DNA of 63,481 nucleotides from Craspedostauros australis. Lineage: Eukaryota. The position numbers and the translations under genes were made by a program. Position 1 is the first letter of the stretch, and every line of letters begins with the position of its first letter. Location: positions 1-63,481 of the forward strand of contig JALAGF010006663.1 in the NCBI GenBank assembly GCA_030167865.1, written 5' to 3'. Positions 1 through 12,286 of the stretch are shown here, piece by piece. Below the pieces are notes generated by a model. The model was not told where the DNA came from. It was given only the letters and a program-made list of their open reading frames with translations, and did not search any database.

Positions 1-63
1 AAAATGACGGCGGGCGATCTGCTGGATGTCTTGGATGACGTCGATGACATCCTCAACATGTGA
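1..63 (+). CDS. 3' end of a gene entering from the left edge (KMTAGDLLDVLDDVDDILNM*)
   Basis: Frame open from base 1 to TGA at 61-63; coding-like codon use and an acidic amphipathic pattern. Too short to assign a product. Confidence 0.45.
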   Translation, partial: KMTAGDLLDVLDDVDDILNM

Positions 64-503
64 TGGGCCATCATCAAGACGGTAAAGTATGGCATGGTAC
101 TCGTCGGTGCCACCTCGACGCCAGCACACATACGTGTCCATACGATCGGCTCAAAAACAAAGGAGGTCCGCGATTTTGGCGCTCTCTGCAGCTTTCGACG
201 TGGGGATTTTGATACAGCGACATCATTACAATAGACAACATTTTTACTCTACTAGTGCTCCCTCGTGCAACGGTTCTCCACAACCTGCGATGGCCTCAAT
301 GCTTTGGCAGACGGGCGCTAATTGAGTGGAGACCCAAAGGACAGAGTATGAGTAACCGTAGATCGATGTATTGTGCGGTATTGGAATCGTATTATGTGTA
401 ATATTATCTATTGCTGAATCACATTACAAGTACGTTGACTGTGCGCTGTATCATGTTCTATCTGTGGGTATTTGCAGTGGATTGGGACCAGCGAGGATGC
501 CGC

Positions 504-1505
504 TCAGACGGATTGTTCTTGGCTGTTTGTCTGGGCTTCGATCTCGACTCCAGCTTCAGCGTCCTCCTCCTGGCCTTCCTGCTCAGCAACGACCTTGTTG
601 AGCTCCGCCTTTGCGTAGTAGGATGTCAAAGCGATGGCGCCGATGCCGAAGATGACACCCACGATCACCACGATGATTGTCACCGTGGAATCACCTCCGC
701 TGCCGGCAGAATCGGCCAACGATCCAGCAGAAGCGCCGAGGAAGACGTAGAGGATGGTGCCCGGAAGGATGGCGAACATGGCCCAGACGTACGACCAGAA
801 TCCGATGGCCGTGACGCCCGCGATGTAGTTGATGGCATTGAATGGGATGATGGGTGACAGTCGCAGCAACGCCATGATGCGGAATCCCTTCTCCTCGAGC
901 GCTGCATCCAGGGCCTTGAAGAGCGTGTACTTGCTCGTCAGGGTGTTGCTGACCCAGTCGCGCAGCAGGAAACGGCCCAGCAGGAACGATGCGATGGCTC
1001 CCACGCTTGCTCCGATGAAGACCGCGAGGCTGCCGACGAGAACACCCACTCCCAATCCAAAGGCGTTGGCAAAGACGAATCCTGCCCCGAGTGTGAGGAT
1101 GGATCCTGGGACGAAGAAGATGGTCGCGAATGTGTACACCAACATGAAGGCGAAGAATCCTCCCGTCGGATTGTCCTCGATCCATTCCAGGAACGATTCC
1201 AAGCCATCGCGGATGTAGCTGGTGGTCAGCGAATCCGCGATGACGAATACGACGAATCCGATCAAGAACAAGGCGATGATGACCTTCTTTGCGAAGTCGC
1301 CCTTGCTTGCGCTTTCCTCATCCGATGATGCCGACGACGAATCCGCGTCGGTATTGCTGTCGTTGTCGTTGTCGCTGCTGTTGCCGTTGTCATTGGCGTT
1401 GTTGGAGGCAGCGGGCTTTTCCGAATCCATGTGTCCGGATGCCATCTCAAGATCCTCTTGGTGCATGTTGGATGATGGTTGCTGCATTTGTTCCTGGTCT
1501 GTCAT
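504..1505 (-). CDS. TVP38/TMEM64-family (VTT / SNARE-associated Golgi) membrane protein, 333 aa
   Basis: Family motifs PGSILTLGAGFVF, GAIASFLLGRFLLRDW, LLRLSPIIPFNAINY and ILPGTILYVFLG; several hydrophobic segments; strong C/G-ending codon bias. Confidence 0.9.
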   Translation of the reverse strand: MTDQEQMQQPSSNMHQEDLEMASGHMDSEKPAASNNANDNGNSSDNDNDSNTDADSSSASSDEESASKGDFAKKVIIALFLIGFVVFVIADSLTTSYIRDGLESFLEWIEDNPTGGFFAFMLVYTFATIFFVPGSILTLGAGFVFANAFGLGVGVLVGSLAVFIGASVGAIASFLLGRFLLRDWVSNTLTSKYTLFKALDAALEEKGFRIMALLRLSPIIPFNAINYIAGVTAIGFWSYVWAMFAILPGTILYVFLGASAGSLADSAGSGGDSTVTIIVVIVGVIFGIGAIALTSYYAKAELNKVVAEQEGQEEDAEAGVEIEAQTNSQEQSV

Positions 1506-2013
1506 GTTGGTGTTGGTGTGAGTGTTAATGTTAATGTTGGATGTTGATGATGTGAATTAGTGTGTTGTGGAGTTGCTTGGGTGCTGCAGTGTTGTGGTGT
1601 GATGATGTGATGGTGATGCGATTGCGATTGCAGTTGTTCTTTGATGTGGATTTGTTTTTATGAGATTGATCAGGCATGTTCCACCCTTGGACATGAGATC
1701 CAAAGTACAATAGGAGACACTCTCTCGCAAACCACAACGACCGATGGACACGGTATATCCGCACCATACCACACTCTTGTGGATCTGCAACGCCGATGGC
1801 ACAACCCTGATGCTGCAATACAGCGCACGCGCGATCCACATCACAGGATGTTCTTGTCTGTGAGAGCGAAGATGCCCGAGACGTGAGGGAAACCTCACCG
1901 ACGGCGATCTTTTTGTGGTTGGATGGTGCGCAGGCAGGAAGTTTGTTGTGTTCCTTGCGTTTTTGTGGGAACAGAAACCGCGCAAGCAACAAACAAGGAA
2001 GAAGAGAAAGACA

Positions 2014-2313
2014 ATGAAACACGATCGATTCCCGCTTGTGATCATCGACGATGCGTCCAAGTCACGGGTACGACTCGAGGACAACTTCGATCAAATGGAG
2101 GTAAGCATGACTGAAATGGATTTGAACATGTTTCTGCCAGCGAAAAAGTGGCGGCCGAAATCAATCGATACAACTCGAGCGCACCCGTTGATGCAGCTGA
2201 TCGTGAGGAGCTTTGGTACAGATGGGATGGGATGGCAAGAAATGGCGCGGACATCACATGTGGACACCTGCGAGCAAAAGTGGGGTATCATCGCCACGCT
2301 CTCTCCAGAGTAG
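2014..2313 (+). CDS. Possible small hypothetical protein, 99 aa (MKHDRFPLVIIDDASK...)
   Basis: ATG in an A-rich context (aaagacaATG) facing away from the TVP38-like gene; coding-like first half. No domain recognised. Confidence 0.3.
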   Translation: MKHDRFPLVIIDDASKSRVRLEDNFDQMEVSMTEMDLNMFLPAKKWRPKSIDTTRAHPLMQLIVRSFGTDGMGWQEMARTSHVDTCEQKWGIIATLSPE

Positions 2314-3130
2314 CGAAGCTGTGATCTCCCAGCGATGATCATCGTTGCGACGGTGATCTACCACACAAGTACGCTGAACCAGCAGTAGTGGTTGGATGCT
2401 GTCCACATCAATCATCGTCGGGAACGCTTCAGCGGAACAAGAGGAGCTACTGCACGAGAGACGATGACACCTTGGGTGAGGGGACAGCAGTGTATCTATG
2501 TTGACCGCAGCGTGCGACTGTGCCGATGTGATTGGCGGTAGTCTTCCCGCGCAACATGAACACCGCCCAACACTCAAGCTGGTCGCGAATTCGTCAGTGA
2601 GTTGGCACATGCGTTCCCTCTGCGGTGATGCGTCCCCCAAACATTCCCGCAAGAAGCTGCTCGGCCAGCCCCATTGAACTCGAATATTCACCGCAGTACG
2701 CTCTTCAGTCTCGAATTGGTGTTCAGCTTTGCGGTATCAGTGGAAGAGATACCGCGTGCGCAAGTTTCATGAATGACGTCCGCATTGCATGGACGGAGGA
2801 ACATGATACCCCCTGGAAGAGAATGAGACGCAGTCAGTTGATGCGGATGTAGTCGAGCGCTCTGGAGGGCCGTGGAATGATTGGGAAGCCCGTCGCTTCC
2901 TGGGAAGACACTGCGCGGTTGGAATCGCATCATCCGGAACATGCCGATGGTCAAATCTCCAATGGATCATTGCGCGTATTTTCCAGCAGTGTCCGTCCCC
3001 ATACATTCATGTCTACCAATGCATTCATGTGTGATGGCAAATTCATTTGTGCAAATTGACAGCGCAGATGCAAAACGTTGATGTGCTTATCAGAGCCTCG
3101 CTTCTTGTCTTTACGAAAGAACCATCGTAA

Positions 3131-4186
3131 TCACTCTTTGATTGCATACGCGGTCGGCAGCCACACCTTGGCCGAACCTCGCACCAAGATATCGTCTTGC
3201 AATTTTGTCGGAGCGCCGACATCAGCTCTATCCTCCTGTTCTGCCAACCCTCCGCGATCATCTGGGCTCAATACAGCCTCTACACCATCCCCGTTCTCAT
3301 GCTGATCGTTTCCAGCCTCGATGATGTGAGATGTTTCACAACCCGTATCGCCGTCTTCATCATCCGGCAGCACCCTACCATCCTCCAACCTCCGAACGGT
3401 AGTGGTACATTGGACCAGCAACCCACCACCAGGTGCACTCCGAAACCGTTCGATATCGACGCGTCCGACCACGATATCACCAACATACGCTGGCTTGACA
3501 AAATCAAGAGATTGCTTCAAGTACACGGCGCCAGGCGCAAGATTCGCGAATATGCTGGAAAACATGCTCGAGAGCATGATGCCGTGTACAATTGGCACAG
3601 TCCGTTGCTTCGTCTCGTCCAAGCGTAGAAAGCCCACGTCCACATGACTTTGCAGTCTTCGCCGATCGATAATTTCATCAGCATCAACCTCATTGTTGTC
3701 GCTGACATCCCACTGCATGCTTTGATGCAAGATGTTTTGATCATCAATCAATCGGCCAAATACCCGCACGTCCTGCTCCAGATAGCGGCGTTGGACCTTT
3801 TGAGGGGAGCGGAGATTTGGGTCGGCGCTTATCCAGGTCATGTCACGAAAGAATAGTAGGGAAAACAGCCGCATTGGGTGAGTGTGCTTCTGCTTCAAAT
3901 CCGTACGAAATGAAAGCAACGATCACATGGCACTCACCTCCGCGAATTGGCCAACAACAAGGCCCTCACCATGCTCTGGAATCGTCCCAACCACCTTTGC
4001 GCTCACGGATGACATCATCCTGACCAAGTTCTTGCATTTGTGCATGTTCGTGCATCCAGATGTCGCAACGCTGTGCTCCAAGCATCGCTGAGAACCACAG
4101 TGGCTACTTCTGGAGAGAGATCGACACGTGATGCGAAACCGGCAGCTGCTGGACCTGAAGGACCATGACAACCACGCCATTTTCAT
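3131..4186 (-). CDS. MaoC-like (hotdog-fold) dehydratase, two exons; possible mitochondrial presequence
   Basis: Motifs DxNxLH (DQNILH), VHGIMLSSMFS and PGAVYLKQSLDFVKPAYVGD. A phase-0 intron at 3797-3937 (GTGAGT...AAG) joins VGQFAE|VQRRYLEQDV, restoring the usual MaoC N-terminal strand. The N-terminus is Arg/Ser-rich and acid-poor. Confidence 0.8.
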
Positions 4187-4617
4187 ATCTGCACTCGTGG
4201 GTATGGGAGGGACGGCAAAGCACGGCACGGTGGAGGGCAGAGTGTGGATGTGCCAGTTGCGATGCTGTCGCCTTGCGCAGGGCTGATCTTGTGATGCCTC
4301 CTCGTTTTGGATGTGTTGATGTGGATCTTCCAGGAGCTGAGGTAATATACTTATTTTGCGGCAATCAGATGTCACAACTGCTTTTGTCGACTCAATGGAG
4401 TAAACCAGGCTATCAAGTCACGACCAGGACTCGGCATCACTACCTACGACCGACTCTACGTACAGCTACTACGGCCAAGTACGAGCTCCATCAAACGAGG
4501 CAGAAGAAATGAAGCCATTGGCACAAGTCAGATTGGTTAGGGATACCAACCGGAAGTACGGGTACTTAAAAGGGATGAGACTATTGTTACTCGTCTGCAT
4601 TGACAACGTCGCACGTT

Positions 4618-7600
4618 TTAACTCTGTGGCGTTGCCTGATGCTTCAGTTCCTGTCTGCGTGCTTCTGTCATCTGCTCGAAGAGCTCACCGATATCATCGA
4701 AGGCTGCTGATTCTTGCAGCGCATTCGACGATCTCTGGTAGAGGCAGTCCACAGCCTGCCAGGCATTGTTGACGACGCGCGCATGTTCGGACGTGGCTTG
4801 TCGATCGTGACTTTGTCGGCTGTCCTGGCCGTTCGTGCGATCGTACCCGTTGCTGCTCCGCCTGTTGAAGACACCATCGTGGTACGAGTGCATCGACTGG
4901 CTTGTCAATGGGGCAATGTCGTTCGCTTGCTCCGCCATGTCGGACCTCGTCGTGCTGGCACTGCGGGAATTGTACCGTGGGAGGGTGCTATTCATGTTGG
5001 AGGATAAGCGCCGGGATTGCGGTTCGTAGAGGCGTCGGTTGGACTCGATCGGGACTTGCGGGCCCAACAGGGCTTCTTTGTCGAGATACTTGGTCTTGCC
5101 TTGAAGGATGGCATCGAAGATGGCTTCGTCCACATCGGCAGCGCATGTTGAGATGCTTGCGCGCCGCCTTGGATGTCGATGCTGCTCGGAGTTGTTGACC
5201 ATGACGGAGCGGCCATAGCGGTTGCGATGGTTTCGCCGACCGTGTGAGCTGCTGGACTTCGGTGATTGGGCCCTTGAACTTGGCTTCGGCGAAGCGGCAT
5301 CGGATCGTTTGGCCGTTGATATGGACCTTCGTCGTCGATCTTGAAGTCTCTGTTGAGCTCTTGAGACTGCCTGCCCGCAGCCCTCATTCAGTGGGACGTC
5401 AGTGACTATTGATGAGCTGTGAGCCATGGTGTGGCGCCGGGCTCTCCGCGCGCGGTTCTTAGATGACCTTGATTTGCTGCGCCGCTGCTGTCTGGATGTT
5501 GAAGCATCCAAGGCGGTCTTGCGCGAGTTCCTTCGCCTTGATCCCGACTTGTTCGGTGTGTAAGACGGATCCACGCAGGGGTTGTGGAAGGTTTCAAACG
5601 ACGAACAGCTTTCTGACAGCAATGGATCGATCAGCTTGCCGGCATTTGGCACGATCGTCCTTTTCCTTGGCTTCACCGTGTCATTGGCCATTCTCGTTTG
5701 ATTAACGGCAGCAAGCGAACACTGTGCCTGTTGCTGCGGTTCTGTGCCCGTGAGTGATCTTCCTCTACGAATTGGGGTTGGTTCATCAAGTGATTGAGCT
5801 TCAAGTCCCGAAAGTCGAGCAGACGGATGGTCGGCTCTCGACTTCACCATGCCGCTGCTGCGTTGAACGCGCGGTTGGCGATCGATCACTGTGCCCACAA
5901 ACACATCGGTCAGAGACGCAATCGATGAATCAGATGAGTTCATGCATTCGATGGAATTGCGACGACGTGTTCTTGGGGCGTGACGATCAGCCAAGAGTTG
6001 GTTGACGTCAAGTTCAGGAGATGCCTGCTGAATACATTCTGGTTGTGTTTGGGATGGGGCCGTGATGTTTTGGATCGACGCAAGCGCATCGAGCGGCACG
6101 GATTGGTTGGAGCTGAATGCAGCAGCTGCCTTGCAGGCCTGCTGTGCCACTTCGAGTTGCTGCACCGCGAGCTGCGATGTCTCCTTTGCTCTTTGTTGAA
6201 GGTTGTAGAGAACCTGATTTGGATCGGACAGAACTGCATCGTCGTTGTTGCGACCAGTGGCGTTGTGATGGGGTGGTGACAACAACGGTGAATTGGTTGG
6301 AGAAGATTCAATGGTGGTCGTTGTGGTGGTGGTCGTGATGCGGAAGGATGACAGCTTTGACAAATGCGCGTCATCGTTGTCCTCACACTTCGAGTTGGTG
6401 TGGGTGTCCATGTCGCGTGGTTCCATGACTGCGAGCTGGCATTGGGTTGGTGCCGCCGCTTCTGCCGGCGATCGATTGGAAGTATCAACCACAAGTGGAC
6501 CAGCGTTGTCGCCGTCGTGGAATGGAATCTGGTGGAACTGCTGGAACTGATTCCGCAGGGCCGCTTCGGCATTGCGTCGACGCTGCGATGCCTCGCGCAC
6601 GGTTGGCGAGACCAGCGCCGCATCGTATCGAAGGGCCGATTCATTGTCTGTGTTGTGCGATGACGGACGCGCATGCACCATGTCGTTGGAATCGCACGAT
6701 CCGCGTGGCGACAACGAGGAAGGCATGCTTGATCTTCGATTCTGTTTGCGTCCTTGCCTTCGATGCTGCTGTGTCGAGGGCTCCGAGAGTCGCTTGGTTG
6801 CACCCGCCGCCGCCGCCGCCGTCGGTGCTGGTTGGTCAGCGGCATCCAAGTGGGTTGGAAGCGCGCTCTTGTGCAAGTGCTTGCTTGGGTCTCTCTCCTT
6901 TACCGTGATGGAAGTAATCCTTGGCCGCTCCTTCTCCTTCCGCGATGCTTGTGTTCGACGAGAAAGAGCGGACCTGTGGGTGGAATCATCGCGCGAGTAG
7001 GTGGCATGTTGCGACCGCCGCCGCCGCTTCTTATCCGTGGATCGTCTGGGTTTGGGTCCTTGAGCATTGGACGTCGTTGCCATTTGATGCGCGCCGGTCC
7101 TGTAGGATCTCGCGCTTCTGCGAGAGTGTGCTGTGGGGTTTATCGGTGCATCATCCAACGACATGCTCATCCGCAGCGATTGGTCAGCGTCCACCAATGT
7201 TTCGAGGTTGATGTTTCCCCAATCATCATCATCTGAATGCAAGACGTTGAAGCTCTTGTGGCCGTTGTCGTCATTGTGGCCGTTGGTGTTGTTCTCGCTG
7301 TAGTCATAGTCGGTGTTGTAGGCATCGATCGTGTCGAATGTGGCAGATCCCATGGTGGAAGTTGTTGTGATATTCGATGGCGATAAGGCATGCATGTTCG
7401 CACGAAGATTCGTGTTGGATGCGAGCGCAGTGACGATGGAAGACGAGTTGGAGACGCTTCGCAGATCCTTTGTGAGATGGGCTCTGTGGTGAGGAAGCTG
7501 GGCCGATGCACGTTCCTCATGCATTGCGGACGCAGCGTCGTCGATGTTCGGGCCTTCAGGATCTGCGATGTCTCGATTGAAGTGGAGTGAGCCGGATGTC

Positions 7601-8690
7601 GCAGACGGAGCGATGTCCGAGGTGGCGTCCGTGGCGCAGGTTGTGCTGGAGGAGCTGATGGAAGCCTTTTTGGTGAGTGCGGCGTTTGCTCTGGCCGCCG
7701 GTTGGGGAGCAGGGCTGTACAAAGGCGCCGGTGGAATGTACTTGGCTATCGAATCCTTGCTGAAGGTCGCATTGGCCGATGGTGAGAGGAATGATGGGCT
7801 TGCGCAGGCAAAGGTGGCCGGCGAATCGAAGTAGTTGAAGGAATCGTCGTCTTGGTTGTGTCCAAAGCTGGTGTGGAGGCTGCTCATGAGGGAGGTGGCC
7901 GCTGTCCTGTTGGATGACTTGGCGATGCTGTGATTGCTGGCCCAGACAGCCTTGTTCGGTTTCTGTGAACGGTATCGAATAGGAGAGAGTGATGTGAGGT
8001 GAGACATGGCAAAGTGATGTGAGATGAGAGGTGGTGCTTTGCATCCTCGTATGCAGCATATTATAGGATGGAGTTGACAAGAAAGGCGGAGCAGGTGTGG
8101 CCCGACTTTGACATAACAAGGATGGGTGCGAGTTGGGTAGTTGGACAGAGCTTTGTGGCTGATGTCAAACTGCACGAATACACGTCAGCCTCGAATCAAC
8201 CTCCCATGCATCTGCATCTGCGAATGCCCGTGATCGAGTGCTATTCGTGCACGACCAGAGCATTCAAGGAAGACTCTGTAACACACATCGAGACCGTAGT
8301 AGTAGCAGTAGCAGTAGCAGTAGCAGTACTCACATCCAATGGTGGCGAGGCTCCGTTGATCTCAATGGGTTCATGCAGCGGATGGTAGACCGTCTTTGTG
8401 CTTGCGTTGGTGGACGGATTGACCGCCATATTGCCATTGCTCGTGCCATTGCTCATGCCGTTGCTCATGCTGATGTCCAGGTCTCTGAACGAGGAGGATA
8501 GCTCTTGCAGGCTGGACGATTGGCGCTTCGCAGTGTGTCGACTCCCGCCCAACCTCTTCTTGCGTTGCTTGGTCGTGCTCTTGCCGGTTTGACCGCGAGT
8601 GCTGCGATCGTTGCTGCTGCGGTTGGTGTCGGCAGCGCTCTTGAGATGGACGGAGATCATTGCGGCAGGCGCAGGCGCAGCGACAGGCAT
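4618..8690 (-). CDS. Long Ser/Arg-rich intrinsically disordered protein (~1230 aa, probably two exons), unknown function
   Basis: >3.3 kb open frame. A phase-0 intron at 7963-8333 (GTGAGT ... pyrimidine tract-CAG) links ORF 8241-8690 (PPLD) to KPNKAVW. The C-terminal motif ESAAFDDIGELFE is shared with the gene at 48517-52293. Confidence 0.75.
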
Positions 8691-8782
8691 GAATCAGCGA
8701 TGCTCTCTGTGTTGTTGTTGTTGTTGTTGTTCAAAGCAGAGATATCGATGAGCCTGCCAGTTGACTCTCCGTGGCCCTTCGT

Positions 8783-8825
8783 CTACTCCACTCCACTCTA
8801 CTCTACTCTACTCTACTCCACTCCG
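8783..8825. repeat. (CTCTA/CTCCA)n pentanucleotide microsatellite
   Basis: Directly visible run ctactccactccactctactctactctactctactccactcc upstream of the 4618-8690 gene. Confidence 0.8.
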
Positions 8826-10834
8826 TCTCTTGCTGTTGCTTCCGAGTGTCCGGACCTGTTCGGCAGCAAAGCTTGATGGATACAAGACGAGACAAACGCC
8901 AAGGTGTTACGTTACACCAGAATGTGATTGTCTTCCACTTGCAACTCCTTGCAACTCCTTGCTCTCACTTGTCTCAACCGGAGCCGCAGGTTCAGCCACA
9001 GCTCCGGCCTCCACCCTTGCTTGACCACACTTGATCCAAACCAACTCGCAAAGGTCGCTCGAGTGTTCGTTGCTGTGCTATGTTCAACAGGAGTATTGGG
9101 ATTGTGCGAGCGATGGACTCTTGTCGTCTTCACGCTTGGAGGTTCCAGGCTTGACTACCAGTTATGAGCGTGACAGACCATGGGCGTGTTGCTCCAATGT
9201 TGGAGCCACCAGGCTGTGCGCAAACATGCACCATGGGTCGTGGCCATACCCGCACAACAACAACACCACCAACAACACCAGTAACAACACCAGCGACGAT
9301 GATGATGATGGTGCTGACAAGACGCTTCGTCGGCTCGCCGTTTCGAACCGCACAAGCCCGTCCACGTGAAAACGAACACTCTCCTTTGCGCCTCCGACCA
9401 TTATCATCACGCTGGGAGCGATTGTTTTCGCCATAAAAGCACGGATGAAAAGCGCCCGCCGCGAGGGACATCTTGTCGCTGATCTTTGCGCCACACAGAG
9501 TATTCATAACGTCAAGGGGAGGGAATAACTTCCTGGCCGTGATACGCCTCGTTTTGGGCCGTCGATTTCTGTATGCGAGGCTATTTTGCGCGAACATTCG
9601 TGCGAGATTCTCGTCCCGAATCGTAAATCGTGACAACTTGGCGCTTGTGGCCGAAGACGAAGGCGCTTTTGTGGTCGGCAAACGAATTGCGTTGGGCCCG
9701 TCGCTCCGTTGTGTACCGAAGCCCAACAAAAACGGAGTACGATTTTTCGCGTTGTCGAACCAGTCTATCCGTCGAGTGTAGGAAAAGGATGCAGTAGGAC
9801 GATCATGAAATACAAGCCACATGCAGGCAATCCATCACCCACATCCTTGTGATTGCCAACGGAATTGATGAAATGAAACAGCAGCATCGCAGCCACCCAC
9901 ACACACACAATGCTATGCTACCATCCCTTTACGATGACAGTGGGGGCGAGAACTGTTCGGAAGAGTATGGAGAACGGGGAACGAAGGGTGGAGGACGAAG
10001 AATACGCCAATTCCAAGCGGAGAGGGAAGAGCCAAAAACGGCTACTGGGTACAAACGAAGACGCCAGTATCATGACAATGATTTGCGCCAACAGCACCAT
10101 CTTTGGCTCCTCCGCCCATGCTCCGCGTTTGGTGCCATGCACTTGCATGAACGCGTGCCATGGCTCGAAGCTATGCAATACCTTCCCACACACCATCGCC
10201 GCCATCTCCATCACCACGGAAGACCCTCTCTCTCTCCTTGTGTATCCGGTCAGAAAAGGGGATAGAATCACATCCCAAGGTCGCAAGAGCATGATCTGAG
10301 CGGTGAGATTCCGGACATCATCACATACTCCAAAGGATGGGTGTTCACTCATCCAGGATGGGTGTTCTCGCTGCAGCTTCGCACTTTGGAGACAGCGCAG
10401 TACGACGCGTCTCTGTTCAACCTTTTGCAAGTTTGTTGTCATCGGATTGTTCTTGCGTGCCAAAAGGTATCTTCACGACAAGTTCGACCACAATCACTTG
10501 AAACGCGAGCTCCGCGCCATTTCATGTTCTGACCTCGCATGCGAAATAAATAGCGGCGCGAACTGCCAACACAAACACGGCACGCAGCAAAACAAAGACA
10601 ACCGCTCACGCACTCACGCACGCTGTCGGAACAAGAGGATCGACTTCATTGTGTGCCTCCAATCAGCCGAACGGAGGCGATCCATCCCATCTTGACTTTG
10701 GCCGACACTTGGACGCTCAAGTTCACAACAACTAAACCCAACCCAACCCAACTCAATTCAATCAAAGAAGTGACAACACTCCATCACCACAGACACCAAC
10801 ACCCTCGACAACACTAACAACAACAACAGCAATC

Positions 10835-11456
10835 ATGACAGGAAAAGGTAAGAAGCAACGACGATGGAGATTGCAATGGCGTTGGGCGATGTGCGATGGC
10901 GTTGCACCAGACTCCTCAAGTCTTTGGACGAACATTGTCCAACCCTGCAATGATCTGCTGTATTCAACACATACACACACGTACATACCAACACCAACAC
11001 CAACGCTGACACTCGCGCTCACCTTCACACCCAACAAATGAACCTCGCAACGATGCTTTAGGAAAAGGAAAGGGCGGCCGCGGAGACAAGAAGGGATCCC
11101 AGTCCAGCTCCAGCAAGGCAGGACTCCAATTCCCAGTCGGTCGTATCGGACGTTACCTGCGTCAGGGCAAGTACGCCACAAGAATGGGAGCCGGTGCCCC
11201 GGTGTACCTCGCCGCTGTTCTGGAGTACCTGTGCGCCGAGATTCTGGAGCTGGCAGGCAACGCCGCACGTGACAACAAGAAGAGCCGCATCATTCCACGA
11301 CACATCACTCTGGCCGTCAAGAACGATGAAGAGCTGAACAGACTGCTGGGCAATGTCACCATCGCTTCCGGAGGCGTCCTGCCCAACATCCACGCTGTGT
11401 TGCTGCCAAAGAAGGCCAAGATGGCGGGTGCCAAGGGATCCTCGCAGGAGTACTAA
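10835..11456 (+). CDS. H2AX: Histone H2A variant H2A.X, 135 aa, two exons
   Basis: Exon 1 10835-10847, intron 10848-11061 (GTAAG...TTTAG), exon 2 11062-11456. Spliced product: [33 protein letters not shown]...[12 protein letters not shown]...[11 protein letters not shown]...SQEY. The terminal SQEY is the H2A.X signature. Confidence 0.95.
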
Positions 11457-12286
11457 ACGTCAACTACTTGAATGTCTCTTCTGACGGGGGGCCACCTTGC
11501 GTACGCTTCAGCTCCCGATCTGCATGCTCATGACTTTCGGTATCGAAGACGGGATGCGCCAATGCATACGTCGCAGGGGTTAACACGCTGACGTCTGCAC
11601 GGAAGCAACTCGGTGGATGTCCAGATACGCGCTCTCATCACACACAGATGTGCATGTGCGAGTAAACATGGAGGCGCATGGTGATGTGCGTGAGACAGCA
11701 CGGTTAAGATTACGGAACATTTACGTCTGAGTCAACGGCAGATGGACACAAATACAGCCACAGCTTCACTTGCTGTGCAGAATTGAGAGCTGGTGAACAC
11801 AACGACGCTTACTACCCACCGATCGCACGGCGACCGTCCAAGATCGGGATGAGACGCTCTCAAAATCATGTATCCATCTCCGCTGCACTCCACACGAAGG
11901 AAGCAGATGCAACCTCAACAAAGTTGAAACCACGATGAACACAGAAGACTGCCAGCCCACGGGAACTTCCTAATTATATTGTAACAAGAGCAATGATATA
12001 TATTACACTATACTATACTACTATGCCATACTATTATATGTTATGTTCTGAAGACATCACTCCAGCACGCATCCCAGTTGGCGATGCAACCCGGAGCAGC
12101 CACGTATCATGTGTGTCATGCGTAAGAGTCCACACACCCACTGCGCCACTCGATTGAAGCCCAGCACTCCACGCTATTGCATTCTACTATATTGCTCTAG
12201 TCGTACACCAAACCAACATTACTTGAGCAGAGCGCTCTAGTCTGTCTCTCCCTCTCTTTCTTTCTCTCCTTCTCTAGCACTATAGT

